DNA of 44,094 nt from an uncultured Candidatus Binatia bacterium (GTDB lineage: Bacteria > Desulfobacterota > Binatia > UBA9968 > JAJDTQ01): assembly GCA_965213675.1 (NCBI GenBank), contig CBDCAF010000017.1, positions 1-44,094 on the forward strand. The letters are read 5' to 3'. Positions 18,899 through 26,653 of this stretch are shown one piece after another; position 1 is the first letter of the stretch; each line of letters begins with the position of its first letter. The notes beneath the pieces were generated by a model, which had not been told where the DNA came from, did no database searches, and worked only from the letters and a program-made list of their open reading frames with translations. The translations under genes and the position numbers were made by a program.

Positions 18899-20067
18899 AG
18901 GCGCCGACGAGTTCAACGGCGACCAGTAACAGCCTGACGAGTCTACCTACGCGGCTCAAGAAGATCGCAGAGACCCTCCGACGGGAGTACTGTCGCAAGC
19001 ACGGCCATCCCTGGATTGTTGCTTATTCTGGAGGGAAGGACTCTACCCTTCTCCTACAGATGATTTGGGAAACAGTTGCCGGGCTACCAACAGACCAACG
19101 GCAGCGATCCATCTTCATCGTCGGCAATGATACTCTAGTCGAGTCGCCGCTCGTCATTCGGCATCTCCGAGGATCGCTCAACGTGATTGAGGCCGCCGCC
19201 ACAACACAAGAAATGCCTGTGGACATTCGGGTCACCACACCAGCCATCGATCAGACCTTTTGGGTGAGTGTGATAGGGCGGGGATACATACCTCCCACCA
19301 GGAATTTTCGGTGGTGCACAGACCGAATGAAAATTCGGCCGACTGGCCGTCTGTTGCAAGACATCGTGAGAGAGCATGGGGGGGCCGTTCTCCTAATCGG
19401 TAGCCGCCGGAGCGAGTCACAAAACCGGCAGCGAGGCATGGACCGACGCAAGGTGTCTGCCGGGAAAAGCAATCAACACGACTCTGTGGAGGGCTGTCGG
19501 ATATTCTCCCCGCTTGCCGACCTCAGCGATGAGGATGTCTGGATGGTATTGATGCAGCGCCGCCCACCATGGGGCGGCACCCATCGCCGGCTAATCACTC
19601 TCTATCGTCAAGCCGGAGGGGGCGAGTGTCCACTGGTAATGACACAAGACGACGCACCGTCATGTGGCAGTTCCTCCCCACGATTCGGCTGTTGGACATG
19701 CACGGTGGTCACTAAAGACCGCAGTCTCCGGGGCCTGATCGATTCAGGGCACGAGGAGGCCAAGAAGATGGAAAGCCTGTCGGACTTCCGCGAATGGCTC
19801 ATCGCCTTGCGGGAGGACGACAGCAATCGACTTCCCGTGCGCCGTGACGGTAACCCTCGGAACCGGTCCGACGGCTCCCAGGTGTTCGGTCCATTCACCC
19901 TAGCAGTCCGCCGAACCATTCTTGATCGACTCTTTGCACTAGAGAAAACGGTCGGCGACACCCTCATCAGCCCGGCGGAAATCGAGTGCATCGAAGACGT
20001 TTGGTGGCGTGACGAGATCACCGAAAACGGTCGACTCGCCCTTCTCAAATCCGTACATCCCTTATGA
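18895..20067 (+). CDS. dndC: DNA phosphorothioation sulfurtransferase DndC (PAPS-reductase/PP-loop family, Fe-S)
   Basis: PWIVAYSGGKDST, NDTLVESP, FWVSVIGRGYIPP, FRWCTDRMKIRP, GSRRSES, PPWGG, ECPLV, SCG...RFGCWTCTVV.KDRSL, GPFTL..R. Confidence 0.9.
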   Translation: MKAPTSSTATSNSLTSLPTRLKKIAETLRREYCRKHGHPWIVAYSGGKDSTLLLQMIWETVAGLPTDQRQRSIFIVGNDTLVESPLVIRHLRGSLNVIEAAATTQEMPVDIRVTTPAIDQTFWVSVIGRGYIPPTRNFRWCTDRMKIRPTGRLLQDIVREHGGAVLLIGSRRSESQNRQRGMDRRKVSAGKSNQHDSVEGCRIFSPLADLSDEDVWMVLMQRRPPWGGTHRRLITLYRQAGGGECPLVMTQDDAPSCGSSSPRFGCWTCTVVTKDRSLRGLIDSGHEEAKKMESLSDFREWLIALREDDSNRLPVRRDGNPRNRSDGSQVFGPFTLAVRRTILDRLFALEKTVGDTLISPAEIECIEDVWWRDEITENGRLALLKSVHPL

Positions 20068-21836
20068 CCCAGATCACGTCAGAGGCATTGCTCGTGTCCG
20101 AGCTCTTCCTCAAGGGACGGTTCACAGTGCCGTGGCATCAGCGGTATTACGACTGGACCGTAGAGCAGGTCACCGAGTTGTTGGTCGACCTCAAAGAAGC
20201 CCTGGACGAAGATCGGGCAAGTTACTTCCTCGGGTCCATTATGCTGGTCGCGGGTGAGGATGTTTGGGAAATCAACGACGGTCAGCAGCGCATGATCACC
20301 CTCTCCCTACTCTTTGCTGCATTCGGCCGGCGGTTCGCAAATAACCGCGAAACGGACGCTGGCCGTGAAATGCTCGCGTTGCGCGTACTGTTCGATCGCC
20401 CGGAGAACGCGGTCACCAACTTCGACGACACGACCCGGGATGTGCCTCGCGTCGAACCGCCACGCCAAGACCGATCGCGGTTTACTCAGATTATCCGTGG
20501 CCTCGACATCGGGACGAACGGCAAATTGACCTCCGCCTGGAACGAAGTGGCCCTGTTCGTCAGCGCAATGGGGCCGAGTGAGACCCAAACGTTTTTCGAT
20601 TTCCTGACGCAGAAGGTAGAGATTGGTGTCCTCTACGTCCCCAAGACAGAGGACGCCAATGCCGTTTTCGAAGCCCTCAATGGACGAGGCAAGCGACTGG
20701 ATGACGTTGATCTAATTCGAAACCACCTTTACTCGTACTTCACAGATCCTGCCGACTCAGAGCGGCGCGCCACCGTCCACGAGCAGCTTGAAAGCGTCCT
20801 CGCAACTACTCGAAGCACTACGCGATCCCAAGAGTATTTCCGCTGTTTCTTTCAATGTCGGTACGGCTATCTTCAGAAGACCCGCTTTTATCGCGATACT
20901 CGGGCGAAGATCCGCAATCCTGGGCGACGACCGGATGGAGACAAGCACGTTTACGCGCTAGTCCATGAGCTTGCTAGTCCCGCTGCCGTGGAACTGTTCC
21001 GGACTATCACTGCCACAAACCCAAGCAAGGAACTGCTTAATGCCTTCTGCACGGCGTCCGGCACCACCCGAAACAAACGTAATCTGCCTGTGTTCATTCA
21101 GGAATTGGGTGGTTATAAGGTCGTGCAACCGCTAATGTTTGCATTGTTACGGAAGTTCATTGAAGCCGAAGATCGGTACCGGAGAGCAGTAGCCAAAGCC
21201 GCGCATCACTGCCTCAGCGACCTTTCTTCCTTCGTGATGCGCGTCTCCTTCTGCGGGGCCAAATTCGAACCATCCAGAGTCGAGCCGGGTTTTGCCAATT
21301 GTGCCAGGAGAATCGCGACCAGTAGCAAGGTCGCTGACCTCGACATAAAAACAGATCTCGAAGAATGTGATGACTTGATGATAATGGACGACACACGATT
21401 TATTTCTCGCCTCCTCGATGTTCAGATGACCGATTCCCGGCGAGCCAAACGACTGTTGTTCGGAATCAACGGCAAGCAAGAACGTGAAGGCCGCGCATTC
21501 GACTATGAAGGATGTTCCGTGGAACACATCTTGCCGCAGTCGGAGACCTACTGGTCCGGCTGGACCGGCTTCACGTCGGTGGGATACGACCTCCGGGACT
21601 GGGTTGCTCGAATCGGGAATCTGACATTGCTGGGCGACAGCGGAAATCATGCACGGCACCGTTTCAACGCGAACTTCGCCGCCAAGAAGGCTGTTTTTGA
21701 GACCAGCCCATTTGGAATGACGCGCGATGTAGCTATACATGACGAGTGGACTCCGACGGCGGTGGCCGAACGCTCAAGGGACCTCGCAAAGGCGGCCGCT
21801 CAGGTGTGGTGCTTTTCCGGACGCGAGGAGAGCTAA
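20064..21836 (+). CDS. DUF262 + DUF1524 (HNH) protein, GmrSD/SspE-like modification-responsive nuclease
   Basis: VPWHQRYYDW, YFLGSI, INDGQQR, VFEALNGRGKRL (DUF262); SVEHILPQ and RIGNLTLL...N (DUF1524). ATGA overlap with dndC. Confidence 0.88.
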   Translation: MTQITSEALLVSELFLKGRFTVPWHQRYYDWTVEQVTELLVDLKEALDEDRASYFLGSIMLVAGEDVWEINDGQQRMITLSLLFAAFGRRFANNRETDAGREMLALRVLFDRPENAVTNFDDTTRDVPRVEPPRQDRSRFTQIIRGLDIGTNGKLTSAWNEVALFVSAMGPSETQTFFDFLTQKVEIGVLYVPKTEDANAVFEALNGRGKRLDDVDLIRNHLYSYFTDPADSERRATVHEQLESVLATTRSTTRSQEYFRCFFQCRYGYLQKTRFYRDTRAKIRNPGRRPDGDKHVYALVHELASPAAVELFRTITATNPSKELLNAFCTASGTTRNKRNLPVFIQELGGYKVVQPLMFALLRKFIEAEDRYRRAVAKAAHHCLSDLSSFVMRVSFCGAKFEPSRVEPGFANCARRIATSSKVADLDIKTDLEECDDLMIMDDTRFISRLLDVQMTDSRRAKRLLFGINGKQEREGRAFDYEGCSVEHILPQSETYWSGWTGFTSVGYDLRDWVARIGNLTLLGDSGNHARHRFNANFAAKKAVFETSPFGMTRDVAIHDEWTPTAVAERSRDLAKAAAQVWCFSGREES

Positions 21837-21953
21837 TGGTCAATGAAGTCATATGTATTTGCAGTTCGCTGGTCACAGGCTAACTTCGATGACACAGCAC
21901 ATTTCGCGGGCGGTTATCGAGACATGCCAACGAGATATCGCTGAAGCTGCCGT

Positions 21954-23366
21954 GTGGGTGTGGGTCTTCGAGTGACGCTGGACGTGCAAGATCTCCGGAG
22001 CGCGGCCGAAGATCAACTCATGCTCCCCGCCGCCCTTCACACGTACCAGTGGGAGGGAGTGGCATTCCTGTACCAGTCCACGTCTGCCCTTCTCGCTGAC
22101 GAGATGGGATTGGGAAAAACCGTCCAGGCAGCAATCGCTCTTGCACTTCTCCTCAATGGACAAAAGGGGATCGACCGAGCCCTGATCGTGGCCCCGGCCT
22201 CGCTGACGCTGAACTGGATGTCCGAACTCACTACATGGGCACCGTCACTGGCGACGCGACGGCTTCAGGGCGGGGCCGCCAGCCGGAAGGCATTCTACCT
22301 GCTGCCGATCCCTGTTCTCGTTTCCTCTTACGAACAGATCCGTCAAGACGGACTGGATCAGATTCCCAAAGGCACGTTCGATCTCGTCATCCTGGACGAA
22401 GCGCAACGCATCAAGAACAAGAACTCCGCAACGGCACTCGCCTGCCGGCTGCTGCCGCGAAAACGTGCGTGGGCACTGTCTGCGACGCCGCTCGAAAACG
22501 ACCGCGAAGACGTCGCCTCAATCCTCGCCTTCCTGGACCCCGATATTCGTCGGGATCCCGATGCAACACGGCTGAACAAGAGGCTGGAGGCAATGATGCT
22601 GCGGCGGCGGAAACGTGAAGTGCGGGCCGAACTGCCGGCTGTCATCGTACAGGATCTGTACCTCGAGCTCTCGTCGCCACAAAGGATCGCCTACGACGAT
22701 CTGTGGGCGGCCAGAACGGCACAAATCGGCGGGGAAAAGGAAGACTCCAACGCCGCCATGCTCGGTCTCATTACGCGACTAAAGGTGATCTGCAACTACG
22801 ACGTCGAGAGCGGTGCTTCATCGAAACTGGAGGCCCTCACAGCCATCTGCGAAGGCGCTGGGCAATCGGCGAGGATGATTGTGTTTTCGCAGTTCGTCCA
22901 GACCCTGCGGCAGATTTCCCAGCGGATCGGAATACCCCACGACCTTCTGATCGGATCCATGCCGGCAGCCGAGAGACAGATTTCTATCGACCGGTTCAGG
23001 ACAGGCCAAACACCGCGGGCACTATTGATTTCCCTTCGTGCCGGCGGCGTCGGCCTGAACCTCGGGGAGGCGACCCACGCCGTCCTGTTCGACCGCTGGT
23101 GGAATCCTGCAGTCGAGTTCCAGGCAGTCTACCGAGCGCACCGCTTCGAACGGGAAGGGCCGCTGCATGTCATCCGTTTCCTGGTCCGAGACTCGGTCGA
23201 AGAGCGCATAGCTACAGTGCTCGACCGGAAGGAGGCCCTATTCGACGAGGTCATCGAATCTGTGGGGACGGTGCGCGGGCGACTCACCAAGCGCGAACTC
23301 ATGGAGATTTTAGAACTTGCGGAGGGCACCCTTTCGCCCTCTTCCAATGCAACCGAAGGAGACTAA
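21954..23366 (+). CDS. SNF2-family ATPase/helicase (core domains only)
   Basis: YQWEGV, LLADEMGLGKT, LIVAPASL..NW, ILDEAQRIKN, LSATPLEN, LRRRK, IVFSQF, SLRAGGVGLNL, DRWWNPA, RAHRF. Start uncertain. Confidence 0.93.
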   Translation: MGVGLRVTLDVQDLRSAAEDQLMLPAALHTYQWEGVAFLYQSTSALLADEMGLGKTVQAAIALALLLNGQKGIDRALIVAPASLTLNWMSELTTWAPSLATRRLQGGAASRKAFYLLPIPVLVSSYEQIRQDGLDQIPKGTFDLVILDEAQRIKNKNSATALACRLLPRKRAWALSATPLENDREDVASILAFLDPDIRRDPDATRLNKRLEAMMLRRRKREVRAELPAVIVQDLYLELSSPQRIAYDDLWAARTAQIGGEKEDSNAAMLGLITRLKVICNYDVESGASSKLEALTAICEGAGQSARMIVFSQFVQTLRQISQRIGIPHDLLIGSMPAAERQISIDRFRTGQTPRALLISLRAGGVGLNLGEATHAVLFDRWWNPAVEFQAVYRAHRFEREGPLHVIRFLVRDSVEERIATVLDRKEALFDEVIESVGTVRGRLTKRELMEILELAEGTLSPSSNATEGD

Positions 23367-23370
23367 AGCC

Positions 23371-24189
23371 ATGGCAAAAATCATCGATTACCGCGAAATA
23401 CCCCTCGACGACTTGGTAATTGGTCTGGGACAGGTCCGGACAGAGAACCCGGGGGCCGGCGTTGAGGATCTCGCCGCAAGTATCGAAGCGCAAGGGCTAC
23501 TGCAACCGATCGTGGTTTGCAAGTCGAAACAACAGCCCGGGAAATGGGAGATCCTTACAGGTCAGCGGCGCTTCCTCGCTTACAAGATGCTGAATCGAGA
23601 CACCATCTCGGCCGCCGTGCTTGACAGCCAAGTCGGGCAGGCTGAGGCCAAGACAATCTCCATCACCGAAAACCTAATACGTCGCAAGCTGTCGGGCAAA
23701 GAACTCAAGGATGGAATCCTTTACCTTTACAACATATACGGAAGCGTTCAGGACGTGGTCAAGACAACAGGCCTGCCCCATCGGGAAGTGCGGGACTACG
23801 TAAAGTACCCCCGGCTGGTGAAACAACTGAAGGACTTGGTCGACGAAGGACAAGTTGATGTCAATGCCGCACTGCGTGCGCAGGATTCGGCAACGGACGA
23901 CGACGGCGCGGTCAACACCGACGACGCCCTTGTCTTGGCCCAGGAGATGGCATCGATGTCAGGAGCCCAACGCAAGAAGGTGGAGGAGGATCGAAGAGAC
24001 AATCCCGACAAGTCTGTCGTAGAGGTTATAGAGGGCGCGAAGTCCGGCTCGAAGGTCATCCAGGTTGTCGCTACCGTGACACAGGATACGCATCGTGCCA
24101 TCCAGCAGGTCGCCCGGGAAGAAGGCACCAACCAGGGAGACGCGACCGTCATGCTCATCGAAGAGGCGCTGACCGGCCGCGGACTCTGA
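23371..24189 (+). CDS. ParB/RepB/Spo0J-like protein (ParB N-domain, HTH, possible C-terminal ribbon-helix-helix)
   Basis: IPLDDL, QVR, LAASIEAQGLLQPIVV, EILTGQRRFLA, SITENLIRRKLS; AAGGAG RBS. Confidence 0.85.
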   Translation: MAKIIDYREIPLDDLVIGLGQVRTENPGAGVEDLAASIEAQGLLQPIVVCKSKQQPGKWEILTGQRRFLAYKMLNRDTISAAVLDSQVGQAEAKTISITENLIRRKLSGKELKDGILYLYNIYGSVQDVVKTTGLPHREVRDYVKYPRLVKQLKDLVDEGQVDVNAALRAQDSATDDDGAVNTDDALVLAQEMASMSGAQRKKVEEDRRDNPDKSVVEVIEGAKSGSKVIQVVATVTQDTHRAIQQVAREEGTNQGDATVMLIEEALTGRGL

Positions 24190-24203
24190 GATTAGTAGCC
24201 ATC

Positions 24204-24914
24204 ATGCTCCCAGGTCTGAGCCCTCTAGAACTTGGACGTCTCCGGATGTCGGTCGGCTACGGGAAACATAGAAAGCAGCGTCTACTTTCGCCGGTCGAAG
24301 TCGGTGCATTGCTGCAGCGGGCATGCGATGCCGGCAGTTCACTTGACGAATGTGCAAAGGAGACCTGGATCGACGCGACGGGCGTTAGACGTTTCCTGCG
24401 TATTCTTGACCTCCCGGACGACCTCCGGCACGTGATAAGTTGGGGCAGCCCTCGAGATGCCGTGGGGTTCTCTTGTGCTACCGAACTCACCCGACTTCCG
24501 AAAGCTGACGACCAACGCACGGTCGCCGAAGCGATACTCGCCAACGGCCTGAATAGCAAAGAGGTCCGACAGGTCGTGCAACTGCACGAACGCTCACGAC
24601 GGCCGGTCAGCGAGTGCGTGAAGGAAGTCATCAACATGCGGCAAGCAATCGACCGGCGTTACGTGTTCATCGGCACCATACTTGATCGCGGTGCACAGCG
24701 AGCTCTTGCGGAGCTTCCACAAAGAGAAAGGGATGCAATGTTGGCGGCGGGCGTGGAGAAAATCGGGCTAAAGGGGGCGTCAGGACGCCTAGGCCCCAAA
24801 ATTTTCACCTTGGTCGGGGACGAGGGTTTTGGCGTGTCAATGAAGCATGTCGGCAAGCAAGACATTGAATCTCTGCTGCGCGCCTTTGTTGCGGAGTGTG
24901 TCGCAAATGCCTGA
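24204..24914 (+). CDS. Hypothetical protein resembling the ParB/Spo0J central HTH domain without the N-terminal CTPase domain
   Basis: LSPVEVG..L...GSSLDECA......VRRFLRILDLPDDLRHVI..G.....SCATELTRL...DQRTVAEAILANGLNSKEVRQVV parallels the Spo0J HTH/helical region. Confidence 0.6.
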   Translation: MLPGLSPLELGRLRMSVGYGKHRKQRLLSPVEVGALLQRACDAGSSLDECAKETWIDATGVRRFLRILDLPDDLRHVISWGSPRDAVGFSCATELTRLPKADDQRTVAEAILANGLNSKEVRQVVQLHERSRRPVSECVKEVINMRQAIDRRYVFIGTILDRGAQRALAELPQRERDAMLAAGVEKIGLKGASGRLGPKIFTLVGDEGFGVSMKHVGKQDIESLLRAFVAECVANA

Positions 24915-25929
24915 CCCGATGGTTGACGTGCGGGAGAGTGGCGCTGTCTGCCTCGGCGAGATGGTCGTGTGCGACGGTTTCGCTAATGGCTGCCGCTTCC
25001 GTGTCCAGACACACGTCCATGAAGACCACATGGGTGCGTTCAACAAGAGCAAGGGGCTGCAGGAGTTCCTGCTAAGCCCTGAGACCTATGCTTTGCTCAT
25101 TGCCGAGTACAATGCTGATCTGGAGTACCGAGAGAACTTCCACCCGGTCGAACGCGGTGTCGCGCATGATCTGGGAAAAGGCTTTACGTTACATCTAGTC
25201 CCATCGAACCACATGCTTGGATCGTGTCAGGTTGCCCTGGAGTTGCCAGACGGTCATCGGATTGGATATTCCGGCGACTTCGGATGGCCCCTCGACAACG
25301 TGATCCAAGTCGATGAACTGGTCGTTGACAGTACTTATGGTAACCCCCGTAGCGTCCGAGGTTACACGCAGGACCAAGCGGAAGCCTGCCTGTCTGAAAT
25401 AGTCTGTGCGAGACTACGGCACGGTTCAGTCCATATCCACGCCCACCCCGGAACCATCGAACGCACCTTGCAGGTGCTTGGAGACAACGTGGGCGTTCCC
25501 CTTCTGGCCACCGAGCGGCTAATCCGGCGCGTGCAGGTATACCAGCAGCATGGCCTCGCGCCCGGAGTACTGGTTCCGCTCGATTCCGCCGACGGCAGGC
25601 ACGCCGTGCAACAGCGTTCATATGTGCGGCTCTACTCAAAGGGCGACGGTTTCAAGAACGAGCGAGTCGAGGGGACAATGGTCACCTGTAGCGCGTACAT
25701 GGTCGACCACGACCATCCGCTGAAGGTCTTTTCAGATCGGGCCTATCGCGTGGCCTTGTCGAACCACGCTGATTTCGAAGAAACCCTTGCGTATGTCGCG
25801 GCGACGGGAGCGCAGACGGTAGTCACCGACAACACACGAAACTTCGGCTGTGACTTGGCAATCGCGATCAATGACCGCCTACCCAATGTTTGTGCACAGC
25901 CGTCGACGAACCAGCCCGAACGGGACTGA
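24907..25929 (+). CDS. Metallo-beta-lactamase fold nuclease, beta-CASP-like
   Basis: THVHEDH (HxHxDH), NHMLGS, GYSGDF, VDSTYG, LSNHADF. ATG overlaps the upstream gene by 8 nt. Confidence 0.82.
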   Translation: MPDPMVDVRESGAVCLGEMVVCDGFANGCRFRVQTHVHEDHMGAFNKSKGLQEFLLSPETYALLIAEYNADLEYRENFHPVERGVAHDLGKGFTLHLVPSNHMLGSCQVALELPDGHRIGYSGDFGWPLDNVIQVDELVVDSTYGNPRSVRGYTQDQAEACLSEIVCARLRHGSVHIHAHPGTIERTLQVLGDNVGVPLLATERLIRRVQVYQQHGLAPGVLVPLDSADGRHAVQQRSYVRLYSKGDGFKNERVEGTMVTCSAYMVDHDHPLKVFSDRAYRVALSNHADFEETLAYVAATGAQTVVTDNTRNFGCDLAIAINDRLPNVCAQPSTNQPERD

Positions 25930-26039
25930 TAGCGGTGTCCAGTCCAAGTAATCTTCGACGCCCTTCTACACGTTCACTTGCTCCATCTGTGTCGTCTGCC
26001 TACATGGTCTCAACGACGACCCGGGTGAATTGTGGGCCA

Positions 26040-26290
26040 AGCTTTCCGAGGCAAGTTAAACTCGCGATTCTGATCTTAGCCGGCGGCGACCCCTCTTGGC
26101 CGGCAGGAGCCTCGCGTAGGAGATCCTACAGCCGGTCGAGCGGTGACCGGCCGCGGAGGCTGTCGCGCGTACGGTCCCGGTTGTAGGACGCTTAGCCCCT
26201 CGGCGAGCCTCTCCTCAGGCTCTGTATCCCTCAGATTGACGGTGCGCCTGAACCCTTCGAGTAGGCTGGTTTCATACTTTCGGATCTCGT
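26040..26290 (-). pseudogene. Degenerate IS481-like transposase 3' remnant
   Basis: LEGFRRTVNLRDTEPEERLAE, then a frameshift to YNRDRTRDSLRGRSPLDRL and a stop. Resembles the integrase-core tail (YNxxRPHxSLxGxxP). Confidence 0.4.
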
Positions 26291-26373
26291 GCCCGGTTGC
26301 CAACAGCGGGGTAAGGGAGAAGGGTGTCGGTTTTGCCGCGTCCTCTAAAACACAACAGTGCCCTAGACCGCAC

Positions 26374-26535
26374 CTATATTGCTCCTACACGCCGTAAGTC
26401 GCGAAAGAATTGGGCGATCTCTTCCAGTTTATTCGTGTCATTAGGGTCTATACCGTCCGGATCGAAATGCATTACGTCATTCCGAATTTCCCGTTCCGCT
26501 AGACTCTTGAGTCGTTCGGAGCCTTCAACCGCCAT
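26374..26535 (-). pseudogene. 53-aa ORF with HEPN-like RNxxxH tail, probably an internally deleted larger gene
   Basis: Strong RBS (AGGAGGGGAGG) then MAVEGSERLKSLAE joined directly to REIRNDVMHFDPDGIDPNDTNKLEEIAQFF. Confidence 0.5.
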
Positions 26536-26653
26536 ACAATAGGCCTCCCCTCCTATCTCCTGTTTCCTCAAATTGATTATATCGACCTGCAAATGCCAAG
26601 AATCGAAGCTCTACGGTTACTAAGGCAAATCAAATTCCGCTTCAAGTTTGCAC

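Noticed and set aside
17753-20067. Reading the pair as housekeeping iscS plus cysH (Fe-S assembly or sulfate assimilation)
   Set aside because: No iscU/iscR/suf or cysDN neighbours, and the second protein has DndC-specific blocks (FWVxxIGRGY, ECPLV, RFGCWTCTVV).
21942-21990. Selenocysteine recoding of the TGA before SNF2
   Set aside because: No convincing SECIS-like hairpin was seen and there is no catalytic rationale; kept only as a possible nonsense or readthrough site.
23371-24189. Chromosome or plasmid partition locus
   Set aside because: No parA, rep gene or recognisable parS in the window; the gene is embedded between SNF2 and a nuclease.
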